NCBI RefSeq assembly: GCF_963921235.1
Contig: NC_086097.1
Span: 148,058,001 to 148,122,000, forward strand
DNA from: Mobula hypostoma
Taxonomy: Eukaryota
Reading direction: 5' to 3'
DNA length: 64,000 nt
Shown here: positions 36,856 through 49,545 of the stretch, piece by piece
Layout of the letters: each line of letters begins with the position of its first letter
Numbering within the stretch: the first letter of the stretch is position 1
Notes under the pieces: generated by a model
Seen by the model: only the letters and a program-made list of their open reading frames with translations
Databases searched by the model: none
Told to the model about the DNA's origin: nothing
Translations under genes and position numbers: made by a program

Positions 36856-38954
36856 GAGACATTGATATTTAAGGAGCAAGGACTGGGGTCCAGGAGGAAT
36901 AAGTAAAGAAAGTTCAAGAGAACACTGGCAAGACTGGCTACTTGGGCCATACCAATCTTGCAAGACAGTTTCTAAGATCACAAAAGCACAATGAACAGAT
37001 GCTTTTATTTGATTTATCTCTGAGAAAAATCTTTCAACATTAACTAACATTTACCAGTAGAGGTCAGCATAGGAGATTGGTAGTCATTCTGTATCCTGTA
37101 GATGGCTAACATGCTATTCCATTTTTACCTGAGAAGATTATGTATTTATTACACCAATGCACTGATAGAATATAGCTAACTCATTTTATAAATTTTACAG
37201 AAAAATGTGATATCAAAGTAAGAGATTTGCACACAAAAGTAATGAGAGATTCCCATTCCCACCCCTCAGCCATCCCAAATGGTTCTTAACTTCCCACTCC
37301 TAGTCAATAGATGTTACAGATGTTACACTTGGTTGTTCTTGCACCTACTGGTAAATCATCACGTTTTGGGTTCGGACGTTGTCTGAATCGGGTCAGGCAT
37401 GAGCTGGTGTGTGGTGGCCCTATAGAAAAGCATAGTCATTGACTTCCACTCTGTTCAAGTTGCATCTACAGATGAATGGAATTTAACATTAATACTTGTT
37501 TTTTGGTGTAGAATATTGGAACAAGAGTAGGTCATTCAGTTCATTTATCCTGTTTCATACTTAAATTAGGGCTAACATGTTCATCAACCCTATTTTATTT
37601 TTGCACTTGTTGAAAATCCCCACATATCCTAACCCAACCACAGTTTATTGCTCTTGGGCTTGTTCAACCCCAGCATCCTGATTTCCAGACTTCTGTTCTA
37701 CCAGAAGAATCACTTCCTGATTTCAATCCTGAATGGTTTAGCCCCAGCTTTAAGATTAAGGCTTCTCCTCCCTCATCCACTCAAGATCACACAAGAAACG
37801 TATCCACCTACCAACTCATTGCAACATTTTAAACCTGTCCACGAGTTCAACTCTCAAACAAGATTACAACAGTAGGCAAGAAGACACTCAGGCTCTCCCC
37901 TGCGGACTGAATATACGTGCTCCACACAGCCGTGAGCTAATCTGTGTTCGGTTACTTTGGTGTGGACGCAGTATTGTTTGCAAGACAGTGACTCCTTGAT
38001 TTGTGAAAGGACAGTGTTCCCAGAAAGCTTTTATTTTGGCAGAATTTTGTGAATCAAAAGGATTTTCTCACTATTTGCAAAGCCAAAGATTCAGGTTCCT
38101 GGCCAGTATTCCTTTTCAGATGAAGGAACAACACAAATGAAAATACTTAATAAAAGTGTCTAGAATCATAAGAATGTTATTAAATTAATAAACACATTTG
38201 AAATTAAAACAAATTTGGTAACTTCCTAGCGTATTCACTGAATGGAAGTGGTGGCTTTTCACATTGAGTTGGTGGTAGTAGAAGCAGAAGGCAGAGATGT
38301 CACTGCTGCTCATACAACACTGATGCAGGTGAATCTATACTTGGTGAAGCTGGTACTGTTGACAGCAAGGGCTCCTCCTGTGGTTTTTCCTGTTAATTGA
38401 TGAAGAAACTAAACACAGACCTGAGAAGAAGTCTTACAGTTCTCCCTCATCTGATAACTCTCCTTATTAAGTTCTTGTATTGAGGTGTGGGGACAAATGG
38501 CAATCGTTAAACAGGACCCGGCAAAAGTAGACTGGGACCAGGCACTTGCAGGTAGATCGTTTGTAAAACAAAGAACAAACTGCTGCAAGAGCTCAGGACT
38601 GGATGCAGAGTCTTCACCCTAAATGTCGGTCGTCCCTTGCCTCCATAGATGTAGTTTGACTTGCTGAGTTCTTTCACACAATTGACTGCAGATGATGTAA
38701 ATTGGTGCAAAAAGATCAAATTGTATTTGCTCCAAATGACATTATCTGTAATTGACTATATTGGACAAGTGAAAGTAATTCAGAAGTGTAATAATGAGAA
38801 TTCAGGTTAAACATGTTCCCATAAGGGTAAAAGATATGGATAAGAAATCCAAGGAACCCTGGATATTGAGGATAATCAAGGCTTAATAAGGAACAGTGGG
38901 AAAAATAAAGGCAGGCGCAGAGAACTGAAAACAGGGGAGACCCTTCAGGAATGT

Positions 38955-39495
38955 AGAAAGTCGTAGAGTCCTACAGCACAGAAACACCCTTCGGCCCAAT
39001 TGGTCCGCACTGATCAGGATTCCCAACTAATCTGCCTACGTTTGGCCCATATCCTTTAAACCTTTCCTGTCCATATACCTGTCCAGGTAACTTTTAAATA
39101 TTGTTAATGTATCTGCTTCGACCACTTCCTCTGGCAGCTCATTCCATATACTGACCACCCTCTCTGGGTGAAAAGTTACCATTAACTTCAAATAAAATGT
39201 CCTCCCTTCTCATCTTAAATGTATACTCTTGAGTTTCCGATTCTCGTTCCTTTGGAAAAAGACTGTGTGTGTTCACCTTATCTATGGCCCTCATGATTTT
39301 CTACACTTCTGTAACACCACCCCTCATCCTCCTGTGCTTCAATGAAGAAGTCCCAATCTAATCAACCTCTTTCCATAACCCAATCCCTCGGGTCCTGGTG
39401 ACTCCCCTCTGCACCGTTTCCAGCTTAATGATATATTTCCAATAGCAAGGTACTCAAAACTGAACACAATATTTCAAAATATTGCCTCACCAACA
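38955..39495 (-). mobile_element. CR1 3' fragment
   Basis: tacagcacagaaac...ttcggccc 3' end and degenerate ORF2 C-terminus. Confidence 0.75.
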
Positions 39496-39499
39496 TCAT

Positions 39500-41995
39500 A
39501 CCAAAGTGCTGGAGGTATTTAATAAAAGAAATTAGAAGGGCAAGGTGGAGCACAAAGCATCACTGACCTGTAAGATGAACAAAAATCCTAAAGCATTTTA
39601 TGCACATTAAAAAAGCAAGTAACCAAAGAAAGAATGTGGCGTACAAAGACAAAAGGACCAATCTGTGTATGAAGCAAGAAAATAAACATCGCAAATGAAC
39701 ACTTCTTATGAGCAGAGGGGATAGTAGTGGAGAATACGGGAAGCAGACCCTGAAATTCTAAATGCTTCCATGAAAAAGGAGTAATCGAATGCCTTAATGA
39801 CTTAAAGATGGATAAACTCTCATGGAGATGGGAGGCAAGGATACACATTGCTGAAGCCTTGAGGGGAATTTAAGTATTTGGTGGTCATAGATGAGGTCTG
39901 AATGACTGGAGGTCAGCAAACGCAGTACCTTTATACAAGGAGGTCAGCTTGTATAAACCAGGTAATTGTAGGCTTGTGAGTCTAAAGTCAGTGGTAGGTG
40001 TCAGGAAATATAGAGGAGGCGTGACCCAAAAGCAGAGCAATGGAGACCATTCAGTGGTGAGCTATCACTTTAATAACAAACTGGAAAACAACAAGCCACG
40101 AGGGGCCACAAAGCAGGAGACAACAGAAACTAAACTCACAGGCAACAAGGTAACTGAAGGCTAGGAGAAACTAGTTGAGGCTGGCTGGTTTGATAAGTGA
40201 ACAAGGATTGTGGTTGAGACCCGGGTATAAATAGGCTGCAGGTGGTGAGTTGGAAATGATTGGCAGTTGATTAGCTGGGTGGATATGAGGTGGAGCCTGC
40301 CTGTGCAGGCCCGAGAGGACACCCCTCCCCTGGCTGCTTCTGATGGCCCAGAATGATCTGGATGGGTCTTGTGGAGCTCCCAGTTGAGGGATGGATCCAA
40401 GATGAAACTGGATTGTCCCAAGACCTCTCCTCCAGGCCATACCCTCCCTAGTCGACTAGGTACTGCACAACCTATCTACAATGACATGAATCTGTCAACT
40501 GGTGAACTGTGATTATGTTCCAGCATCCTGGATTCCAGAGGTGCAGGCTCAGGTGAGTTGAGTGGTCCATTGACAACGGGCTTGAGGCAGGACATGTAGA
40601 AGGTAGGTGTGATCCTGAGGGACAGTGGCAGCTGGAGAAGGTAAGCGACTGGATTGATATGATGAATACTCTTGAAGGAACGAATGAACTGGAGCGGGAG
40701 CTTGCAGATGTCAGTGCACAGGGGCAGATGTTGGGTGGACAGCCAATACTGTCTCCGGGCCAGAGTAGCGTGGCTTGGCACCACTAGTAGTTGGTCTAGC
40801 GGGGGTAGGTGCAGTTGGTAGCTAGGATGGCCCTCCGTGCCCTTTTCTGAGCATTCCAATAATGGAAAAACAGGGCCCTTGCAGACATGACCTCCACCGC
40901 TGGCTCTACTGCAGGGAATTACGGGAGTTGGAAGCCATGAAATACTTCAAAGTGTGACATACCTGCGGCAGATTAGATGTGTAGGTTGTTGGATAGCTTG
41001 GCCTAAAGCCAATACTTCTTCCATGTGGAAGGGTTGGAGTTGGTGAAGCATCACAGAAGTTTTCCACTTGCTGACTGTCTATTGGTCTGTGGACAAACTC
41101 GTTGAGGTGCAGAGGAGGGAGCAGAAGGCTTGCCAGTTGAATTGTGGGCCCCAGTCCGACACAATGTCCTGAGGGAAGCCATGGAAGTAAATGACATGTT
41201 GGAGATCAAGTCCGCTGTCTCAGCAGCTGAAGGAAGATTGGGGAGGGCAATGAAGTGGACTGCCTTAGAGAACTGGTCCGCCAATGTCATGGCCCCATTG
41301 GAAGGTGGCAAACCTGTGATGAAATCCATGGTGATGTGGGATCACAGGTGTCAAGGGTCAAGGGACTGCTAGAGGCCACAGCAGCCCAGAGGGCACATTG
41401 AAGGCAGGCAATGACGAACTGATGTACATCTGTGATTATGGTGGTCCACCAAAGCCAGCATTGCAGAAAATCCAGAGTCTACTGTACACCTGGATAGCTG
41501 AAGGGGGATGAGGAATGCAGCCACTGGAGTGCCTTAGAGTGCATACATGTGGTTAACAGGCATGTCAGCGGAGCAGGCTCATACTGTAGGGCCTGGGAGA
41601 TCTGCTTCTCAAACTCTCAGATGATCAGGGCGAGGATCCAATGATGGGCTGAGGGTCAATCTCTGTTTCTGCTGGGTTTAACTATCAAGACATCCCATCT
41701 GCCTTAGAGTTTTTAGAGCCGGGTTGGTAGGAGATGGTGAAGTTGGATTCCTCGAAGAAGATGGCCCAGTGAGTCTGACATGTATAAGTTTGGTCAGTCT
41801 GTTGTATGGATATGAGGTTCTTGTGATCAGTCCAGATCAGGAAGGGCTCTTGTTTGTGATTAATTAATGGATGTGGCTTTGTTAGAAGGAGATCTTATCT
41901 GACCAGTTAGATTGAATTTTTCACAGATGTTACAACACGTATGACAAAGACAGTGTGGTTGATATAATCTACATAGACTCTAGAAAGGACTTTGC
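39500..41995 (+). mobile_element. Old CR1 RT fragment split by a Gypsy element
   Basis: YKPGNCRLVSLKSVVG ends at 39998; CR1 RT wording resumes at about 41870 (GFVRRRSYLTS, VVDIIYIDSRKDF). Confidence 0.7.
39999..41850 (-). mobile_element. Decayed Gypsy (Sushi/chromovirus-like) LTR retrotransposon: RNase H end, integrase, PPT and 3' LTR
   Basis: EPFLIWTDHKNL (about 41815-41850); [12 protein letters not shown]...[51 protein letters not shown] (40322-40330); LTR TG...CA at about 40321-39999 with TATTTATA and ATTAAA. Confidence 0.88.
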
Positions 41996-42299
41996 CATTT
42001 ACATTTAATACACTGGCCTGCGATTCACTTCAATCAAAATAAAACAAATGGGATATTAAATTTAAAAAAGAAAAGAACAAAGAAAAAAAAATTATAGCTT
42101 CTATATTCTATGGGACTATAAATGTAGCTGTAGATAAAGGCAATCCATTTGTTATAACTATTACTGAACATACCTGATCAATGCAGAGTGACAGGTATCC
42201 AAACAAATATAGTACAGAATATGGCCAGGCTTTAACTTAATTCATTCCACCAGCGAGGCTGTATTATTTTGTCCACCTCTCACTCGTCTAGCATCTAAG

Positions 42300-42560
42300 G
42301 TCAGCTAAGGCATGTTGGTGAAGGATTGGAGTCACTAACTGTCCAAAAGTAAGACGGTAGATTTTCTCCCCAAAGGACACTAATGAAGTATTTGGCTTTT
42401 AGAATAATAAGCAGTATTGATAATTTTTACAAATACATTTTTTTCCTTTTTTGATTTTTCTTGTAATTTAACTTTTCAAACAGCTACGGTGGAATTTAAA
42501 CTCACTTTATTGTTCAGGCCTCTGGATTAACAGTCCAATATAATATCCACAATATAACTA
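42300..42560 (-). mobile_element. Old tRNA-headed SINE
   Basis: Reverse A/B-box-like head (ggtggaatttaaactc...ggcctctggattaacagtcca) and body agattttctccccaaaggacactaatgaa; related piece at about 28640-28770. Confidence 0.45.
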
Positions 42561-42814
42561 AACTTACAACTTGAATTATTTTCCGCAATATTGGGGAATC
42601 TAATGTGGGGACTTCCAGATAAAGTAAGCATGCGTAATTTTTTCAGTGCAGTTTCCACTCCACTGTTGTAATTTCAATGGAGAATATATGAAAACCTCTC
42701 TTACCCGTGGCTGGCTTCCCACACACTCATAGCAAACATTACATGTCAGAAGATTTGAAAGCCCAAGAAAATTACACCAAGATCTCATCACCAGCAACTT
42801 TTTGAACTTCCAGA

Positions 42815-45240
42815 GTTCAAGGTAAATTTATTATCAATGCATGTATATGTTGCCCTATATAACTTTGAGGTTCATTTTCTTGCAGGCATTTTCTGGGATA
42901 AAGAGACTTACAATAGAATTTTTGAAAAGCTTTACAAAAGCGGGCAAAGACTGACAAACAACCAACGTGCAAAAGAGGACAAACTGCAAATATAAAAATA
43001 CTGAGAACATGAATTGTAAAAAGTCCCAGAAAGTGCGTCTGCAGGTTGTAGAATCAGTGGAGAGTCATTGCAGTCACTGCAATGCTGCTCCAGAAGCCTG
43101 AGGTTGTACTAGCTGTTTTTGAACCTGGCATTGTGGGATCTAAGACTTCTTTGACTTATTAATCTCAAAGTTCAGTTCCAAGTGTATTGGCATTGTGTTA
43201 TGATTAGATATACCTCCATGCGTATCGACCGATAACATAATTCACTCGTTGTCACTCTACAAAGCTCAAGATCTGCCCTGATGCAGTCAATGCCCTATAG
43301 CCCTTGCTGAAACAGAACCTTACAGCACAACAGAGGCCATTTGACCTATTGTGCCTACTCATTTAAAATGTTTTCCCATTAAATCTATTCATTTGCTCTT
43401 CACTCAAAGGTCTGAAGAGTTGTACAGGTATTACCAGCTAAATATCCAGTTCCCTTTCAAATTATGACCAGGTGTGAAATTTAACCTTTGCAAAGCCTGA
43501 TGTCAGCACTCACCCTCTACTACCAAAACAGCTGAAATCTGTGATTCATTCTGATAGGACCTCAACCAGTATTGAGCAACCAGTGAAAAGTTTTTAAAAT
43601 GTTAGCTATCACATCAACATTTACATACAGTTTACAGCACATCTACACATGATTGGACAAAACAAATACTGTATTCCATATATTAATTATCCATGTGATT
43701 CCCTCGCCCCCTCACTTCACTATATTACAGATACCAGCTATAATTTGTGAAAGTCGGAATAGTGTGGTGTGGTAAGAGTTGGATTATAGACTGTGATCCT
43801 AAAAATTAGTTGATATGGCAATGCTGACCTGCTGGAGTCTATGGGATCAGTGAGAGGGGATCTAATTTGAACAATCGGAGATCTGCAGATGCTGGAAAAC
43901 TGGAGCATTTGTGGAAAGAGAAACAGAAATAACATTTTAGGTTAAAGCCCGAGAGCAAAGCTTGGGATTGGAATTGGTTTATTATTGTCAGGTGTACCGA
44001 AAGAGAGCAAAAAGCTTTTGTTTGCTATCATGACAGACCACTCTTTATATAAGTACTGTACATCGAGTTAGTACAAAAGAAAAACAGAATGCAGAATATT
44101 GTGTTACAATAATGAAGGAAGCACAGTGGAAGTGCACAAGTCAAATTCAAGGACTAGGAGCAGATAGATTGGGTGCTCATGAATTCATCTTTTAGCATGT
44201 TGCAGATCCATTCAAGTGTCTTATAACAGCAGGATAGAAGCTATCCTTGAACCTGCTGGTACGTACTCTCAAACTTTTGTATTTTCCACTCGACGGTAGA
44301 GAGAAGAAAAGAGAATGGGAGGGGCACTTCATATTGTTGCCTGCTTTCCCAAGGCAGTGTAAGATGTAGACAGAATAAATGGAGGGGAGGCTCATATCAT
44401 AAACATGAGACATTCTGCAGATGCTGGAAGTCCAAAGCAACACACACAAAATGCTAAAGGAACTCAGCAGGTCAGACAGCGTTTATTGAAATGAATAAAC
44501 AATCAACATTTCAGGCTGAGACCCTTCTTCAAGACTGGGGCTGGATTGTGTGATGAAGTGGGCTGTGTTCACAATTCCCTGTTCTTTGACTTGAAACCTT
44601 CAACTTACTTTTCTTTCCATAGGTGCTGTCTGACCAGCTGAGTGCTTAATGCATTTTCCGTTTTTCATTTCTAATTTGCACAGGCTTGGGTCAATTGTGC
44701 AAGCTTCTGGGAGTAAACACAGTTTATGAGATCATACCCACGTTCCCTTTCAGAGTTAGGAATGTGTGTTTTGGGATCCCAGCAGCCTTGCTGTTTGTAC
44801 TGCCTTTCCAGAGGGCAAGCTGTCTTATCTCACTATGTGTCCACAATCCATACCATATTAGATCTCACAATATTGGGAACTGAGAACAAGGCTCACCCTG
44901 AACAGCAAAAATGTAGATTTATTTTGCAAATATGCTTCTACTTCCTCAGGAGGCTAAAACAATTTGGTATAGTCCCTTTGACCTTTGCCAATTTTTATTG
45001 ATGCACCATAGAAGGCATAACAGTCTGGTATGGCAACTGCTCTACCCATAGCCATAAAAAAACTACAGAGAGATGTGAACACATCTCAGCCTATTACATC
45101 ATGAAAACCAGCTTCCCCTCAATGGACTCTGTCTACACTTCTTGCAGCCTTAGTAAAGCAGTCAACGTAATCAAAGTAGCCACCCACCCCAGACATTCTC
45201 TCTTCTTCCCTCTGCCATCAAGAAGAAGATTCAAAAGCCT
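42815..45240. mobile_element. Cluster of Rex/Babar 3' fragments (42815-43145 -, 43970-44400 -, 44925-45240 +) and PLE terminal repeats (43870-43950, 44405-44540, 44585-44680)
   Basis: FSLPSSGKYKSLRVRTSRFKDSFYPAVIR and HPRHSLFFPLPSRRRFKS motifs; ctgcagatgctggaa...cagcaggtcag repeat. Confidence 0.75.
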
Positions 45241-45400
45241 CCAGTTGCCTGTTGCTTTAATTCTCTATCCCACTTGTAGAATCATAGAGTAAACACAGCA
45301 CTAAAATAGGCTCTTCATCCTCCAGTTGCCTGTCGCTTTAATTCTCTATCCCACTTGTAGAGTCACGAGTAAACACAGCACTAAAATAGGCCCTTCATCC
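45238..45400. repeat. About 81-bp tandem duplication including a CR1 3' terminus (the CR1 continues on - to about 45830)
   Basis: cctccagttgcctgt(t/c)gctttaattctctatcccacttgtaga...aaacacagcactaaaatagg at 45238 and 45319. Confidence 0.9.
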
Positions 45401-47129
45401 CAACTAGTCCATGCCAAATGCAGCATCTCCCTGCTAGTCCCAGCTGCCTGCTTTTGGCTGATTACCCTCCATGTACATATCCAACTGTCCCTTAAATGTT
45501 GCACCTATGCCTGTCTCAACCATTTTCTCTGACAGCTCTTCCCAGGTACTCTGCTGAAAGAAGTTAACTCTCAGGTTTCCTTTAAATCTCTCCTCTCTTA
45601 TTTTGTATCTGTGTCTTCTACTTTTGAACACCCCAAACTTGGGGAAAACACTGTGATTGTGTCATTTTATCTGCTCCCCTCATGAGAGTCATCTCTCACT
45701 GTCTTGCACCTCAGGGATTAAGGATCCATGGCTAACCTCTCCCTATAACGCTGGCCTCCAGCCCAGACAGCACCCACGTAAATATTTTTTACTCTCTTCC
45801 TGGCTTGACAATGTCTTTCCTATAAAAGACATTGTACTCTAGATTCTCATTCTTTGGTTCCCTATACTGCTTCAAAGAACCTCAACCTTAGTTTGAGGAA
45901 CATCTTCCAAGCTGGAACACTACAGCATTTTGGGCTTCCAATTCAATTTAACAGCTTCAATTTATCAGCTATTTCAGTCTTGTAACCCACCCTCCCAGAA
46001 TTATGTTCCCCTTTCTCCACTGCTGGTAGGTTTAAACTATTGGGACCTCTCTTAGGGCTATGTCTTTATCTCCACGAGCGAATACTACCCTCTTCCAGGG
46101 TGCACACTTGTGTCTTTCAGCCTCTCTTAGTCTGCACTCCATTACAGACATTTATTTAGTTCTTCCCACCACATGCTATTTACTCTGCAACTTGAAACTC
46201 TTCTTATTTCAAACACTTCTTATTTCTGTTGAGAAGTCATTGACCTCAGATGTTCACTCTATTTCTCTCTCCATAGGTGCTGCCTGACAGGATGAGTATT
46301 TCCAGCATTTTCAATTCATATTTTTGATTTCCTGGATCAATGGTATTTTGCTTTTAATATAACATGTTATAGTTTGCAGGTTGCATTGCAACTTATCCTT
46401 AAATTAAGAAAATTACTAACTTCTCTGGACAATATTACACACTGAAAATGGATAGATTCCAATTTCTGTTTCAATATTTGAAAAAAACCATCAATATATG
46501 CAGAAAACACATTGCACATTTTACAAATGGCTTTAGATGTTATATCTGGTTACAGATATCACACTTCATGAACACTTTGCAACCTGAAACTTACAAGCAC
46601 ATTTCAATCTGCAAAGCTCTCAAACCTAATGAAAAAATAAACTCTGTTTGACCTCAGTTACATTTGCTTTTAGCAATTGGTCTTCTTGTTTTCTTACACG
46701 TTGATCTATCTTTGAAGCAGAATATTACATTATACAGTTTCGGATGTCCAAGTCTGTCCTGTGAAAATTAACTTGTACAGCAGAGAAGAAAGGATTGGTA
46801 CTGGCCTGCATTCCTCTGCCTGGTAGGCGTGATAGAGTGCTGGTTCATGATGCATTGAATCAGCTTTCTTGATGTATCAGGTGCCTGAGATCTGAGCTGT
46901 GTTATTTACTCTGAGGGCCTAGACATCAGGAGCCCTGGTAAATGTTTGGGAAACCCAGGAATATGGGAAAAATTGAAGACCTGCCAAATTTAAAGGTAGC
47001 ACCTGATTTAAATTGTTTACTCAGTCTTCTGTCCGGCGCTTTGCCAGACTGAGGCTGGCTCAGTGCCTGGTGGGGAAGCCTTAGGGTAACACCACAGCCG
47101 GAGACGAAAGAGCAGGAGAACCAGATAAT

Positions 47130-47215
47130 GGGAGGGGGGGGGAGGGGGGAAGGGGGAAAGAGGAAAAAGAGAGGGAGAGAGAGGGGGGAGAGAGGAGAGG
47201 GGAGGGGGGAAAGAA
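47130..47215 (+). repeat. Polypurine G/GA-rich low-complexity tract
   Basis: Essentially only G and A, with multiple runs of 3 or more G. Confidence 0.9.
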
Positions 47216-47479
47216 AAAATGCAATGGGAGTGAAGAGGAGAAGGTAATTGGGACAAGATTGCATATCACAGCTGGGAAGACTGGAGAATCACCTTCACTT
47301 GGGACTGAGGGAAAGCATTCCTGCTCCTCCTGGATTTAAGCAATGAATCACATAACTATTTATGTAGCTGCTGAACCCAGCAGTTCTTGCCTCTCTTCAG
47401 CTACTGATTTTCCTGAGACACATTATTAAACCCAAGTCATGCTCTGTGACAACCTGAGGAAAAAGGATATGCTGGAAAC

Positions 47480-48105
47480 CAGAATCAGGTTTTCTGTCAT
47501 TGATATTAGTCGTGAAATGGATCGTTTTGTGGCAGCAGTACAGTGGTGGCATAATGAATTATGATAAGTTACAATAAAAACTTAAATAGTGAAAAAGAAA
47601 TAGTGAGGTAGTGTTCATGGGTTCATGGACCATTCATAAATCTGATGGCAGAGGGGAGGAAGCTGTTTCTAGAAAGTTTGATGAGGGTCTTCTGGCTTCT
47701 GTATCTCTTCTCTGATAGTAGTAATGATAAGCTAACATGTCCCCAATAGCGAAGGTGCTTAATGATGGATGCTGCCTTCATGAGGTATCATCTTTTGAAG
47801 ATGCCCTCGATGTTGGGGAGGCTTGAGCCCATGATGGTGCTCGTAGAGCCTGTGGCTCTCTCTATTCTTTTACAATCCTGTGCATCGGCACCTCCTTACC
47901 AGATGGTGATGCATCCTCTCAGACTGCTCTCTACAGTACATCTCTCGAAATTTGTTAGAGACTTTGTGACGTAATAAATCTCCACAAACTCCTAATGAAG
48001 CCTAGCTGTTGGCTGTTTTTGTTGTGATTGCATCAGTATATTAGGCCCAGGAAAGTTCCTGTAAGATTTTGATGCCCAGAGACTTGAAATTACTCGCCCT
48101 TGCCA
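47480..48105 (-). mobile_element. Rex/Babar LINE 3' fragment
   Basis: Reverse-complement similarity to 6600-7300. Confidence 0.75.
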
Positions 48106-48536
48106 CTGCGTTCACCAGCAACTTTCATGTGTGTTGCTTAAAGTTTCAGCCTGACAGTCTTTAATCAGAAATGAAAATATTTCTGATGAAAGTCATTGGT
48201 TCTTAAGAATAACTTGGTTTCTCTCTCCACAGATGCTGCCTTCGTAGGGCATTTTGAATTCTGAGGTACACTGAAAGCAAGATACTTCCCTCAATACCAC
48301 CCATAATAAAGTGAAAGGGATTTATTTGTGATTGGGTCATGAAAGAATTTCTCATGCTTCAGAAAGTAACTCCCACCAGTTCCACGTATCTCTTAATTCC
48401 GTGAGTCCCCAATCAGAATTTAAACAGACTAGCATGAGAAATGAGATATCACAAACTTATAGTAGGGCAACTTTTTGAGGTTGATGTTTTGATATTATGG
48501 GGTGAGGGAACATTCTAGCAATCTTGAGTACATCTC

Positions 48537-49545
48537 AGGGGCACAGTGGTGTAGCTGCCTCTCAGATCCAGTGTTCCAGCTTTGATTTGTACCTCCAGTA
48601 ATGGCCATATGGAAGTCCTCAAACTTAGAAGTCCTTCCGGGTGAGGCAACATTTCATCTGCAAATCTGTTGGATCATCTAATGCATCTGGTGCTCCCAAA
48701 GCTGCCTGTACATTGATGAGACCCAATAAAAACTGGAGGACCGCTTTGCCGAGACCTTCTGCACCACCAACCAAAAGAGAACATTCCTGGTGCTAACCAT
48801 TTTAATCCTATCCTCATTCCCATTCAGACATGTAGGCAAATGGCCTCCTCTTTTGGCATGATAAGGGCATTCTCAGGGTGGAGGAGAAACACCTCTAGGC
48901 AACCTCCAACCTGATGGCATGAACATCATTTTCTCCTTTTGGTAATTACTTTCCCTTCTCCTTCACTCTGGCCTCTTACCTCTTCTCCTCACCTGCCTAT
49001 CACCTTCCCCAGGTGTCCCTCCTTCTTCCCTTTGTCTCATTGTACACAGTCCTCTCCTATCGGATTCCTTCTTCTCCAGGCCTTCACCTTTCCCACCCAC
49101 TCGGCCGCACCTACCAACTTCTAGCTTTTCCTCCTTCCAGTCCCACCTCCCATTTATTCTGGCATCTTCCCCCTTCCTTTCCAATCCTGTAGAAGGATCT
49201 CAGCCATAAAAGTTGACTGTTTATTCATCTCTACAGATGAATGCCTCACCTGGTGAACTGCTCCAGCATTTTCTGTGTGTTGTATGGCTGTGTGGAGTTT
49301 GCGTGTTTCCACTGTGAATGCGTGGACTCCCCACAGTGCTTCAATTTCCTCCCATCCATGTCCCAATGAAATGCTGGAGGTTAGGTTAATTGGCCACAAT
49401 AAGTGGTCTTACAGGTGGCTGATTGTGGAATTGGATTGTTGATGGGCATGTGTAATATAATTGTTATGGAGAGACGTAGATAAATGGGATTCTTTTCCTC
49501 TGACAGCTGGCATAAATTCAATGGATCAAATGGCCTTGTATATTG
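48537..49545 (+). mobile_element. V-SINE (HE1-like) interrupted by a + strand PLE 3' fragment (about 48625-49283)
   Basis: tRNA-like head ggggcacagtggtgtagctgcctc; SINE core resumes at 49285 (tgtgtggagtttgcgtg...ggttaggttaattggccac); the insert parallels GIY-YIG region 13085-12750 plus the terminal repeat. Confidence 0.8.

Noticed and set aside
46926..47269. Pro/Ser/Leu-rich minus-strand ORFs
   Set aside because: Translations of the low-complexity polypurine tract.
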